Assembly (NCBI GenBank): GCA_041742355.1
Contig: JBGSIV010000256.1
Location: 1 to 31,154, forward strand
Length of the DNA: 31,154 nt
Source: Candidatus Zixiibacteriota bacterium
Lineage (GTDB): Bacteria > Zixibacteria > MSB-5A5 > GN15 > FEB-12
Reading direction: 5' to 3'
The notes under the pieces: generated by a model
What the model was told of the DNA's origin: nothing
Seen by the model: the letters and a program-made list of their open reading frames with translations, nothing else
The model's database searches: none
Program-made: the position numbers and the translations under genes
Shown here: positions 15,802-25,468 of the stretch, piece after piece
Layout of the letters: the number at the start of each line of letters is the position of its first letter
Position numbering within the stretch: position 1 is the stretch's first letter

Positions 15802-17882
15802 TGCACCGGACCCGGACAGAACGGATTCGGCTCGGTTTTCTCTTCGCGGGGATCTGCTTCTTCTTTGCGATCGTCGCCGCTCGCCTGGTTCACCTCCAGA
15901 TCATCCTCCACCCTCAGTACAGCGAGATCGTTAAGAAGCAGTCCTCGGGCACAATAGACATACCGGCGGAGCGCGGCCTGGTCTACGATCGTTACGGGCG
16001 CGTTATCGCCAATAACGTGTGGCGTTACTCAATGTACGTGTGGGCGGTGAACCAGCAGGAGCTGGAGGGTGTCGCGAGATATCTCGAAAGAGTCTTGCGG
16101 ATGCGGAAGGGGACGGCGCGCAAGGAATACGGGCTGGAGATTCGGAAGTTCAAGTATATCGAGCGGCAGATAGACGACAAGCTGGCAGAGCATATTCGGG
16201 AAACGGCCCCCGAGGGGCTGCACCTGCTCAAGGAGGCCCAGCGCATTTACCCGTACGGCCTCGTCGGCAAGCAGGTAGTCGGGTTCACCGACATCGACAA
16301 CAAAGGGCAGGGCGGGTTGGAGTACGCTTTCGACAGCCTGCTGTCGGGAACACCCGGCAAGGCCTATACGCGACGCGACGGTTTGCAGGCGATTTACCGG
16401 GTCGAGGAACAGGCAGTGGTGAAGCCGGTGCCGGGGGACGGCCTGGTGCTGACAATCGACATGAGCCTGCAGGAGATCGTCGAGCGGGAGTTGCGGGCAG
16501 GCGTGGAAGAGCACCGTGCAAAGGGGGCGATGGCGGCCTTCGTCGATTGCCGCACGGGGGACATTCTCGCGATGGCCCACTACGATCCAAACGAGGAACT
16601 GCCGGAGAAGCCGATCAAACCGCGGGCGATAAGTGACCAATTCGAGCCAGGGTCGGTGTTTAAGGCGTTTACGGCGGCAGCCGCGCTCGATGCGGGAGTC
16701 GTGGACTTTGACAGGTTGACTGACTGCGAGGGGGGAGCGTGGAGGATGGACCGCGGGCGCGTCCTGCACGACGACAAGAAGCACGGAATGCTGACGTTCC
16801 GCGAGATTATCGAGCTGTCCAGCAACATCGGGACGGCCAAGTATGCGCTGGAAGTGGGCGGGGAAGGGGTGTACCAGGCGGCGCGAAATTTCGGATTCGG
16901 CAAGCGCTACAATATCGGTCTTGGCGGGGAAGGAGCCGGGACCGTCTACAACGCGAAGAAGTGGACCCAGGGGGCAACGGCAACGCTGGCGATGGGGCAT
17001 GCGGTGGCTGTCAACTGCCTGCAGATGGCCAATGCGTTCGCGGCGATTGCCAACGGCGGCGAGCTCCTGAAGCCGCACCTCGTGCTGTGCACGATTGACC
17101 CCGAACAAAAAGCCTCCCGTCGGGCCGAGCGGGAAGTGCTGCGAAGAGTCATGGAAGGAACCTCGGCGGACAGCCTGGCCTCGATCCTGCGCGGCGTCGT
17201 TGAGAGGGGGACAGCCACGAAAGTTAATTCGAAGGCTGTCGCCATCGCCGGCAAGACAGGAACCGCCGAGATTCCCGACCTGAAAACCCACCGCTACCTC
17301 AAGAACAAGTTCATCGCCAGCTTCGCCGGGTTTTTCCCGTACGAGAAGCCGGCGGTGGCCGGAATTGTAGTGTTCATCGAGCCCGAGCCGATTCACTACG
17401 GCGGGTACACGTCGGGACCGGTCTTCCGGAGGATCGCCGAGCAGTACATGATTCTCAATCCCGATCTGTTCGAGGTAAACAACCAACTGCTGGTGGAACG
17501 TCCGGCCCAGCAGAACGGCACGATCGAGGTGCCGAATTTTGTCGGGCGGCAGCTTGCCGACGCGTTCGAGGCGGCCGAAGACCGGGAGGTCACGCTTCGG
17601 GCCAACCGCGAGGAGGGCGTCATCGTCTGGCAGTACCCGCCGGCTGATCGTCTCATGTTCCGGGAAGACGCGGTGATCGTGGCGGTGGAATCGCCGGCCG
17701 AGCCGGGTTTTCGGATGGCGGATTTGAAAGGACTGTCGATACGTCAGGCCGCGGCGTTTCTGCAGTTCGCCGGTATAAAGTGCAGAATTAGTGGGCGCGG
17801 CAAGGTCATCAATCAATCAATCAGTCCGGGCGAGCCGGCCGGGTCAGACGTGGTCTGCCAGCTGGATTGCCAACCTATGTAG
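15801..17882 (+). CDS. ftsI: Class B penicillin-binding protein FtsI/PBP3 with two C-terminal PASTA domains
   Basis: N-terminal TM, RGLVYDRYG, RIYPYG, GLEY, LTID..LQ, EPGSVFK (SxxK), SSN, GKTGTA. PASTA repeats VPNFVG.. and MADLKG.. Confidence 0.95.
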   Translation: MHRTRTERIRLGFLFAGICFFFAIVAARLVHLQIILHPQYSEIVKKQSSGTIDIPAERGLVYDRYGRVIANNVWRYSMYVWAVNQQELEGVARYLERVLRMRKGTARKEYGLEIRKFKYIERQIDDKLAEHIRETAPEGLHLLKEAQRIYPYGLVGKQVVGFTDIDNKGQGGLEYAFDSLLSGTPGKAYTRRDGLQAIYRVEEQAVVKPVPGDGLVLTIDMSLQEIVERELRAGVEEHRAKGAMAAFVDCRTGDILAMAHYDPNEELPEKPIKPRAISDQFEPGSVFKAFTAAAALDAGVVDFDRLTDCEGGAWRMDRGRVLHDDKKHGMLTFREIIELSSNIGTAKYALEVGGEGVYQAARNFGFGKRYNIGLGGEGAGTVYNAKKWTQGATATLAMGHAVAVNCLQMANAFAAIANGGELLKPHLVLCTIDPEQKASRRAEREVLRRVMEGTSADSLASILRGVVERGTATKVNSKAVAIAGKTGTAEIPDLKTHRYLKNKFIASFAGFFPYEKPAVAGIVVFIEPEPIHYGGYTSGPVFRRIAEQYMILNPDLFEVNNQLLVERPAQQNGTIEVPNFVGRQLADAFEAAEDREVTLRANREEGVIVWQYPPADRLMFREDAVIVAVESPAEPGFRMADLKGLSIRQAAAFLQFAGIKCRISGRGKVINQSISPGEPAGSDVVCQLDCQPM

Positions 17883-17891
17883 GAGGCGGCC

Positions 17892-19376
17892 ATTTTACTT
17901 CGCGAACTCGTCAAAGGAATTGACGGGGCGGTGATCAGCGGTGATCCCGACGTGCCGATCGAGCATATCGAGTATGACTCGCGGCTCGTCCAGCCGGGCT
18001 GCCTGTTTTTCGCCGTGACCGGGTTCAAGCGCGACGGTTACGACTATGTCGCGCAGGCGAAGGACAGGGGGGCGGTGGCGGTGATGGGCGAGCGCGAAGG
18101 GTGCGATCTGGTGTCGGCCCATGTGCAGGTGCCCGATATCCGTCTGGCCATGGCTGACACGGCCGCGGCGTTCTACGAATACGCCGGTATGAAGCTCAAG
18201 GTAATCGGTGTCACCGGGACCAACGGGAAGACCACGACCTGCTACCTGCTGCGAAGCATTCTTGAGGCGCGCAACAAAACGACCGGGCTGATTGCCTCGA
18301 CAGTCTATGACACGGGCAAGGAGAAGTTCCATGCCGAGCGCACCACGCCGGAGGCGCTTGATTTGCAGCGGCTGTTCTTCCTGATGCGCAAGAACAACTG
18401 TGTCAACGCGGTGATGGAGGTTTCATCGCACGCCCTCGAGCTGAGGCGGGTCGAACACATCAATTTCCGCGTCGGAATCTTCACGAACCTGACCCGCGAC
18501 CACCTCGATTTCCACGGGACGATGGAGTCATACCTCGCCGCGAAGAAGAAGCTGCTGGCGAAGCTCGAAGGGGAGTTGTCGTACGCGGTGATCAACCTGG
18601 ATGTCCCGGAGTTCCGCCCGCTCTTCGCCGAACTGAAGTCCTCGTACATGAGCTATTCGCTTTCGGACGAGGCTGCGGACGTCTATGCCGCTCGCTACGA
18701 AATCGAGCCGGGGCGGACGGTGTTCGATCTGGTTTCGCCGATGGGAACGCGGACCGTGACGCTGCGTCTGCCGGGGCGGTTCAACTTGATGAATGCGATC
18801 GCGGCGGCTTGCGGCGGATTGGCGGCGGGCGTGGATCTGGACAACGTCGTGCTTGGCCTGGAGAACGCCACGGAGGTGCCGGGGCGGTTTAACCGGGTGG
18901 ATTCCGGGCAGCCGTTCTCGGTGTTTGTCGATTTCGCCCATACGCCGGATGCGATCGAACGGCTCTGCCAGTCGGCCCGCGAGGTAACGACCGGGCGGCT
19001 GCTGATTCTGTTCGGGTGCGGCGGCGACCGTGACCGCGGCAAACGTCCGCTGATGGGAACGGCGGCGACGACGAGCGCTGATTTTGCCGTGGTAACGAGT
19101 GACAACCCCCGCTCGGAAGATCCACTGGCCATCATTGCAGATATCCGGCCGGGCTTGCAGGGAACGAACCACACGATCGAGCCGGATCGCCGACGGGCGA
19201 TCGCGATGATCTTCGGCATGGCCGAGCCGGCGGACACCGTGCTCTTGGCCGGCAAAGGGGCGGAGAATTACCAGGAAATAAGAGGTGAGCGGCACCACTT
19301 CGATGACCGGGAAGAGGCGCGGGCGGCGCTGGCTCACATGGGATACACCTCAACCGATTCAACTGCGCGGACGTGA
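17892..19376 (+). CDS. murE: UDP-MurNAc-L-Ala-D-Glu:meso-DAP ligase; probable ATT start (first canonical start is GTG 17931)
   Basis: YDSR, GVTGTNGKTTT, TTPE, MEVSSH, TNLTRDHLDFH, DFAHTPD, FGCGGDRD, DNPR (meso-DAP specificity), AGKG. Confidence 0.96.
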   Translation: MLLRELVKGIDGAVISGDPDVPIEHIEYDSRLVQPGCLFFAVTGFKRDGYDYVAQAKDRGAVAVMGEREGCDLVSAHVQVPDIRLAMADTAAAFYEYAGMKLKVIGVTGTNGKTTTCYLLRSILEARNKTTGLIASTVYDTGKEKFHAERTTPEALDLQRLFFLMRKNNCVNAVMEVSSHALELRRVEHINFRVGIFTNLTRDHLDFHGTMESYLAAKKKLLAKLEGELSYAVINLDVPEFRPLFAELKSSYMSYSLSDEAADVYAARYEIEPGRTVFDLVSPMGTRTVTLRLPGRFNLMNAIAAACGGLAAGVDLDNVVLGLENATEVPGRFNRVDSGQPFSVFVDFAHTPDAIERLCQSAREVTTGRLLILFGCGGDRDRGKRPLMGTAATTSADFAVVTSDNPRSEDPLAIIADIRPGLQGTNHTIEPDRRRAIAMIFGMAEPADTVLLAGKGAENYQEIRGERHHFDDREEARAALAHMGYTSTDSTART

Positions 19377-20770
19377 TAGCTTTGCGATTCGACCAACTAG
19401 CCGCTGTGACCGGCGGACAGATCTACAGCGCTGCGGACAAGAGCGCAGCGATGTTTCGAGGTGTCTCGATCGACAGCCGGACACTTGCCGACGGCGAGCT
19501 GTTCGTGGCCATCCGGGGCGAGAAGTTCGACGGTCACCAGTTCATCGCGCAGGCGATTGCCAAAGGGGCGGCCGGCGTGATCGCGCAGTACGACTACCCG
19601 GGGCTCGACCAAATGGGGCAGAATGTCCCGATCGTGGTCGTTCCGGACAGCCATGAAGCAATGATCGTGCTGGCGAAGCAGTATCGCCACGCGATCAACG
19701 CGCGCTTCATCGGCATCACTGGGTCGAACGGCAAGACAACGACGAAAGAGCTGACGTACCGATTGATCGAAGCGTTGGAACCATCGGCCTACCGTTCGCC
19801 GGGAAACCTGAACAACCTGTTCGGTGTGCCGCTGACGTTGTTCAAGGTGCCGGGCGATTGCCGCGTGGCGGTGCTGGAGATGGGAATCTCCACGCACGTG
19901 GAAATGCCACGGCTGGTCGAGATTGTCGAGCCGGATGTGGTGGCGATCACCAATGTCAGTGCGACGCACCTGGAGTTCCTCGGGACGATCGAGGCGGTGG
20001 CGCAGGCGAAGCTCGACCTCGTGCGATCCTCGCGGCCCGATGTTCCCGCCATTATCAATGCCGATGATCCGGTACTTATGAAAGAGGCGGCGCGAATCCG
20101 CCAGAACTACGTGACGTTCGGGCTTCACGACCATGCCGACTTCCATCCCGATCGATGGGAGATCGGCAACGATGGTACGACGATGGTTGTCCTTGAGGGG
20201 CATCGCTTCCACCTGCCGTTAGTAGGGAAGCACCAGGTGTACAATCTCACCGCGGCGTATGCGATTGCGCGCACGCTCGGCTATGATTACACGATTGTCG
20301 ACACCGAAAAATTAGTGCTCGAGACCGCGCCGATGCGCGGGGAGTATGTCCAGAGGGGCGGGGCGCGGATCCTGGTCGACTGCTATAACGCGAACCCGGA
20401 GAATGTCAAGGCAGGGCTGGCGGGATTCTTCGCGATCGGCGGAGAGCACCGGCGCGTGGTAGTGCTCGGAGACATGCTTGAACTGGGGGTGGATTCACCG
20501 CGGTACCACCGTGAGATCGGCGCGGCGCTGGCGCAGTACCCGTTTGACGCAGCTGTGTTTGTCGGGCCGCTTTCGGCAGAAACGCTCGAGGGCGCGGTGG
20601 CCGCCGGCGGCAACCGCCGGCACATGCGGCACTACCCCGATGCAAAGGCGTGTGCGCGGGAGATCGCCGGCCTCATCGAAAACAACGATCTGGTCTATCT
20701 GAAAGCATCTCGTGGTATCGGACTGGAGGAGGTCTTGCGCGGTTTGAGTGATCCGGGGGAGGAGAAGTAG
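19373..20770 (+). CDS. murF: UDP-MurNAc-tripeptide:D-Ala-D-Ala ligase
   Basis: IDSR, FDGH, ITGSNGKTTTKE, NLNN..GVPLTL, VLEMG, DCYNANP, LGDMLELG, KASRG. Confidence 0.97.
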   Translation: MIALRFDQLAAVTGGQIYSAADKSAAMFRGVSIDSRTLADGELFVAIRGEKFDGHQFIAQAIAKGAAGVIAQYDYPGLDQMGQNVPIVVVPDSHEAMIVLAKQYRHAINARFIGITGSNGKTTTKELTYRLIEALEPSAYRSPGNLNNLFGVPLTLFKVPGDCRVAVLEMGISTHVEMPRLVEIVEPDVVAITNVSATHLEFLGTIEAVAQAKLDLVRSSRPDVPAIINADDPVLMKEAARIRQNYVTFGLHDHADFHPDRWEIGNDGTTMVVLEGHRFHLPLVGKHQVYNLTAAYAIARTLGYDYTIVDTEKLVLETAPMRGEYVQRGGARILVDCYNANPENVKAGLAGFFAIGGEHRRVVVLGDMLELGVDSPRYHREIGAALAQYPFDAAVFVGPLSAETLEGAVAAGGNRRHMRHYPDAKACAREIAGLIENNDLVYLKASRGIGLEEVLRGLSDPGEEK

Positions 20771-21858
20771 TGCTGTACCATCTGCTTTTCCCGCTCTCCG
20801 AGCAGGTCTCGGGATTGAATCTGTTCCGGTACATTACGTTCCGGACTGCCGGCGCGACGGTGACGGCGATCTTCATCTGCCTCATCCTCGGGCCGTTCTT
20901 CATCGGGCTGCTAAAGAAGTACCAGGTGAAGGAGAAGATTCGCGCCGAGGGGCCGGCATCTCATCAGAAGAAGGCGGGTACGCCGACAATGGGCGGGCTG
21001 ATTATTCTCTCGGGGATAATCATTCCGACGCTCCTCTGGTCGGATCTGTCCAATTTCTACGTGCTGATGGCGGTGCTGGTGACGGCCTGGCTGGGGCTTC
21101 TCGGCTACCTCGACGACTACTCGAAGGCGATCAAGAAGCAGTCGAAGGGAATGGTGGCGCGCAAAAAATTCATGGGCCAGGTCGCGCTGGGGATCGTGTT
21201 CGGCGGACTCCTGTTGTGGGTGGCGCCGAGAGGACTGTACAACGGGCAGACGGACATTCCCTTCTTCAAGAACCTCGTGCTCGACCTTGGATGGCTCTAT
21301 ATCCCGTGGATGATTGTGGTCCTGACGGGATCCTCCAACGCGGTCAATCTGACCGACGGCCTCGATGGCCTGGCGATCGGTTTGAGCGGGCTGGCCTTTG
21401 TGGCCTTTGGCGGGATCGCCTACCTCTCCGGCCGCCTGGATTTCTCCAGCTACCTGCAGATTGTCTATCTGCCGGGAGCGGGCGAGCTGACGATTTTCTG
21501 CGGCGCGGCGATCGGTTCGGCACTGGGATTTCTCTGGTTCAATTCGCATCCAGCGGAAGTCTTCATGGGGGATACCGGGTCGCTCGCGCTGGGGGGCGCG
21601 CTCGGGGCGATCGCTATCATGCTCAAGAAAGAACTCCTCCTGGTGATAGTCGGCGGCGTCTTCGTGATGGAAGTGCTGTCGGTGATCATCCAGGTGCTTT
21701 CCTATAGATACCGCGGGGGGAAGCGGGTGTTCAAGATGGCGCCGATCCACCACCACTTCGAGCTGCTCGGCTGGGCCGAGGAGAAAGTCGTGGTGCGGTT
21801 CTGGATACTCGGCGCGCTGTGCGCCCTGGCTACCCTGGCGACCTTAAAGGTGCGGTGA
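20770..21858 (+). CDS. mraY: Phospho-N-acetylmuramoyl-pentapeptide transferase
   Basis: KAGTPTMGG, LDDY, NAVNLTDGLDGL, FMGDTGS, MAPIHHHFE; about 10 TM segments. Confidence 0.98.
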   Translation: MLYHLLFPLSEQVSGLNLFRYITFRTAGATVTAIFICLILGPFFIGLLKKYQVKEKIRAEGPASHQKKAGTPTMGGLIILSGIIIPTLLWSDLSNFYVLMAVLVTAWLGLLGYLDDYSKAIKKQSKGMVARKKFMGQVALGIVFGGLLLWVAPRGLYNGQTDIPFFKNLVLDLGWLYIPWMIVVLTGSSNAVNLTDGLDGLAIGLSGLAFVAFGGIAYLSGRLDFSSYLQIVYLPGAGELTIFCGAAIGSALGFLWFNSHPAEVFMGDTGSLALGGALGAIAIMLKKELLLVIVGGVFVMEVLSVIIQVLSYRYRGGKRVFKMAPIHHHFELLGWAEEKVVVRFWILGALCALATLATLKVR

Positions 21859-21862
21859 TACG

Positions 21863-23254
21863 ATGACGGTGGAAGAAAAGATTCGTGGACGGAGAGTAGG
21901 GATTATCGGCATGGCCCGCTCCGGTCAGGCGGCGGCGCTTCTCGCCAAGGAGATGGGCGGGATTCCGTTTGTGACCGATGCCGGCCGCCGCGACAAGCTG
22001 GCGGTGGCGGTCATGCAGCTTGAGAAGTCGGGGATTCCGTTCGAAACCGACGCGCACACCGATCGCATCCTCGACAGTGATTATGTCGTGATCTCACCCG
22101 GCATCCCGCTGACGGCGGCGATTGCCCGGAACGTGCAGGCCCGCGGAATCCCGATCTTCTCGGAGATCGAGTTCGCTTCGTGGTTCTGCCGCGGGCGGAT
22201 TGTCGGCATCACCGGCTCCAACGGGAAAACCACAACGACGACCCTGACCGGCGAGATTTTCCGGGAAGCCGGATTCGACACGTATGTCTGCGGCAATATC
22301 GGGCGGCCGTTCGCCGAGATCGCTTCGAACGTGTCGGCCGACAGCGTGGCCGTGGTCGAGGTTTCCAACTTCCAGCTTGAGACAATCGCCGATTTCCAGC
22401 CGAACGTGGCGGCTATTCTCAACATCACGCCCGACCACCTCGACCGTCACGGTTCGATGGAGGAGTACAAGAAGACCAAGTACCGGATTACCGAGAACCA
22501 GAGCCGCGACGACGTGCTGGTGACGAACCTCGACGATCCGGTATCGGCGGCGGATGCAGTCAGGACCGAGGCGGCGCGGGTGTACTTCACGGCGGGTCAG
22601 GATCCGCGCGCGACGACATTCGTGCGGAGCGGAGTGCTTTGGTGCCGCCACGAGGGGCGTGAGCGCGAGGTGATCCCAGTCAGAGAGATCCTGATTCCCG
22701 GTCCGCACAATTTGCAGAATGCCGCGGCCGCGGTGGCGATGGCGCTGCGTTTCGGGATCGAACCGCCTGTCCTGCGGAAGGTCCTCGCGACGTTTCCCGG
22801 TGTCGAGCACCGGCTGGAGCGGGTGAAGAGCGTGGCCGGTGTGAGTTTTGTAAACGACTCGAAAGCGACCAACGTCGACTCGGTGTGCTTCGCGCTGCAG
22901 TCGATTGATACGCCGATCTACCTGATTCTGGGCGGGCGCGACAAGGGCGCACCCTACGAGCCGATCGTGCGCTTCGCGCGCGACAAGGTCAGGGGGATCG
23001 TGGCGATCGGCGAAGCAAAAGATAAGATCTTCAGGGAGCTAGGACAGCTTTTCCCCGTACAGTTCGCTTCGACGATGGATGAGGCGGTTCACAAATGTTT
23101 CGAGCAGGCCCGTCCCGGTGAGACAGTGCTCCTGTCGCCGGCCTGCGCCAGCTTTGACATGTTCGACAACTTTGAACACCGCGGCCGGGTTTTCAAGGCC
23201 GCGGTCGCCGATCTGAAGAATGGTAAGAAAAACCACAACGCGGTCGTCATCTAA
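21863..23254 (+). CDS. murD: UDP-MurNAc-L-Ala:D-Glu ligase
   Basis: SPGIP, ITGSNGKTTTT, GNIG, EVSNFQL, NITPDHLDRH, HRLE, NDSKATN, LSPACASFD. Confidence 0.98.
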   Translation: MTVEEKIRGRRVGIIGMARSGQAAALLAKEMGGIPFVTDAGRRDKLAVAVMQLEKSGIPFETDAHTDRILDSDYVVISPGIPLTAAIARNVQARGIPIFSEIEFASWFCRGRIVGITGSNGKTTTTTLTGEIFREAGFDTYVCGNIGRPFAEIASNVSADSVAVVEVSNFQLETIADFQPNVAAILNITPDHLDRHGSMEEYKKTKYRITENQSRDDVLVTNLDDPVSAADAVRTEAARVYFTAGQDPRATTFVRSGVLWCRHEGREREVIPVREILIPGPHNLQNAAAAVAMALRFGIEPPVLRKVLATFPGVEHRLERVKSVAGVSFVNDSKATNVDSVCFALQSIDTPIYLILGGRDKGAPYEPIVRFARDKVRGIVAIGEAKDKIFRELGQLFPVQFASTMDEAVHKCFEQARPGETVLLSPACASFDMFDNFEHRGRVFKAAVADLKNGKKNHNAVVI

Positions 23255-24332
23255 GGGCCGGTTCGACGAGCGGCTCCTGATTGCCTACCTGCTCCTGATC
23301 CTGTCGGGGCTGGTGCTGGTGTATTCGACATCGTCGATGCTCGCCGAGAGCCGCCATGGATCGCACCTGTACTTCATCGGGCGGCAGTTCGTCTGGGCGA
23401 TCCTGTCGCTGATTGCCATGGCGGTCGTCTGCCGGATCGACCTGGAACGGTGGGCGGTCTACTCCTGGCCGATGTTCATGGTCGTGCTCGGCCTGCTCGC
23501 GCTGGTGTTCGTCATGCCCGCCCGCAACGGTTCACACCGCTGGCTGTTTTTTGGCCCGATGACGGTGCAGCCATCCGAACTCTTTAAGTTTGTCATGATC
23601 TACTTCCTGGCCTGGTCGCTGGCGAATCCGAACCGCGATCTGACCAAGCTGAAGCAGATGATGCTGCCCTACGCGCCGATGATCGGCGCCGGACTCGTGC
23701 TCATCGTGCTCGAGCCGGACCTCGGGCAGACGATCGTGATATTTGCCACGGTGCTGGGGCTGTTCTTCCTGGCCGGTGCGAAGATCAAGCACCTGCTGAT
23801 GGCGACGGTGCCGTCGGCGGCTGCGGCGGCTTTCATGGTGTTCGTGATTGGCTACAAGAAGGCCCGTGTCATGGATTACCTTGGCGCCGTGTTCGATCCG
23901 CTCCAGGGCAGCTACCAGTCCAAACAGGCGGCGCTCACACTCGGCGCCGGAGGTGTACTCGGCACGGGTCTTGGCGACGGCCGTCAGAAGCTGTTCTTCC
24001 TCCCGTATCCACACACCGACTTCATTTTTGCCGCGTCAGGCGAGGAGGTCGGGCTGGTCGGCCTGGTCTTCCTGCTCGGGCTGTACGCATACATACTTTT
24101 CCGCGGATTCAAGATTGCCGCCGAGCAGCCCGACCGGTTCGGCTTTTTGCTCGCATCGGGTGTCGTGCTCTCGCTGTTCATCAATGTCGCGGTGAATATC
24201 GGCGTGGTGACGAGTCTCCTCCCGGTGACGGGGCTTCCGCTGCCGTTCATGTCGTACGGCGGTTCGTCGCTGCTCATCTCGAGCATGGCGATCGGCGTGC
24301 TGATCAATCTGTCGCGGAGGGTGCGGGCATGA
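23220..24332 (+). CDS. ftsW: SEDS peptidoglycan polymerase FtsW
   Basis: RW, QPSELFK, EPDLG, YQSKQ, GGVLGTGLG, LPYPHTDFIF, TGLPLPFMSYGGSS. Confidence 0.96.
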   Translation: MVRKTTTRSSSKGRFDERLLIAYLLLILSGLVLVYSTSSMLAESRHGSHLYFIGRQFVWAILSLIAMAVVCRIDLERWAVYSWPMFMVVLGLLALVFVMPARNGSHRWLFFGPMTVQPSELFKFVMIYFLAWSLANPNRDLTKLKQMMLPYAPMIGAGLVLIVLEPDLGQTIVIFATVLGLFFLAGAKIKHLLMATVPSAAAAAFMVFVIGYKKARVMDYLGAVFDPLQGSYQSKQAALTLGAGGVLGTGLGDGRQKLFFLPYPHTDFIFAASGEEVGLVGLVFLLGLYAYILFRGFKIAAEQPDRFGFLLASGVVLSLFINVAVNIGVVTSLLPVTGLPLPFMSYGGSSLLISSMAIGVLINLSRRVRA

Positions 24333-25468
24333 CGACGCGGGAGTATCGGATCATTTTTGCCGGTGGCGGCACAGGGGGGCATCTGTTCCCGGCAATCGCG
24401 ATTGCCGATCGCATCCGCGAATTGCTGCAAGGGAAGAACCCGATCGAAATTCTCTTTGTTGGGACAACGCGCGGGATCGAGTATCGCATCCGCGAGAATC
24501 TCGGGTACCCGCTGCAGATAATCAATGTGCGGGGGCTGGTGCGGTCGTTCTCGCCGGTAAACCTGCTGGTGCCGTTCGTGCTGGCAGGAGCGCTCCTGAA
24601 AGCGTGGCTGCTGCTCGGGCGATTCCGCCCGGACGTCGTGGTCGGGACCGGCGGGTATGTGGCGTTGCCGGTGCTCAAAGCGGCGGCGTGGCGCAGAGTC
24701 CCGACCGTGCTGCAGGAGCAGAACTCGTTCCCCGGCATCACGACGCGGCAGGGAGCGAAACGGGCGCGGCGGATCTACCTCGGGTTTGACGGTGCGCGGA
24801 AGCACCTGCAGACGGACGCGCATATGATCACTACCGGCAATCCGGTGCGGCGGACATTGACCGAGGGGAAGCGCGAGGATGCGATGAAAGCGTTCGGCCT
24901 CGATCCCCGGAAGAAGACGATTCTCGTGCTCGGCGGAAGCCAGGGCGCGCGAGGAATAAATCAGGCCGTGCAGCGGAGTCTCGAAATCGGCTCACTGGCG
25001 GACGGCTTCCAGGTGTTGTGGCAAACCGGCAAGAGGGACTACAAGGATGTCGCTGCTTCGGCAGGCAGTAAGGTTTCGGGCTGCTCCCTCTTTCCGTTTG
25101 CTCACAATATGGCTGAAGTGTATGCGGTCGCCGATCTGGCAGTGGCACGGGCCGGGGCACTGACCCTGGCCGAACTCGCGGCCTGCGGGATCCCGGCAAT
25201 TCTGGTGCCGTATCCGCATGCCGCCGGCGACCACCAGCGCAAGAACGCCCGTGACCTCGCCGATGCGCGGCTGGCCCGCGTAATTGATGAGAACGATCTG
25301 CCACAGCATGACCTGATCGCCGAGGCGATTGCGCTTTTGCAATCGGACGAGTATCGGGCAATGAAAGAGAAGCTGGATCGCGCCCGGCGCGACCGGAAGC
25401 CGGCGGTCGATCAAATCGCCGAGGACATCATCGAGCTTATCACAACCGAAAGAAAGGCGAACGTGTGA
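24329..25468 (+). CDS. murG: Lipid II GlcNAc transferase
   Basis: GGGTGGHLFP, GTGGYV, QEQN, GNPVR, GGSQGA, RAGALTLAE, HQRKNA. Confidence 0.98.
   Translation: MTTREYRIIFAGGGTGGHLFPAIAIADRIRELLQGKNPIEILFVGTTRGIEYRIRENLGYPLQIINVRGLVRSFSPVNLLVPFVLAGALLKAWLLLGRFRPDVVVGTGGYVALPVLKAAAWRRVPTVLQEQNSFPGITTRQGAKRARRIYLGFDGARKHLQTDAHMITTGNPVRRTLTEGKREDAMKAFGLDPRKKTILVLGGSQGARGINQAVQRSLEIGSLADGFQVLWQTGKRDYKDVAASAGSKVSGCSLFPFAHNMAEVYAVADLAVARAGALTLAELAACGIPAILVPYPHAAGDHQRKNARDLADARLARVIDENDLPQHDLIAEAIALLQSDEYRAMKEKLDRARRDRKPAVDQIAEDIIELITTERKANV

Noticed and set aside
16029..17816. Long antisense ORFs (595 aa here; also 4102-5472, 2891-4009, 8731-9888, 11189-12148, 30207-31130)
   Set aside because: Shadow ORFs opposite well-supported genes, expected from GC-rich codon bias. 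Mostly Arg/Pro/His- or Gly/Val-rich with no recognisable motifs.
15801..19376. ftsI and murE are in the same frame separated by one TAG, suggesting amber read-through or recoding to a fusion
   Set aside because: TAG ends 9 of the 25 genes here at expected C-termini. A fusion would put cytoplasmic MurE in the periplasm, and the SD plus ATT explains the junction better.
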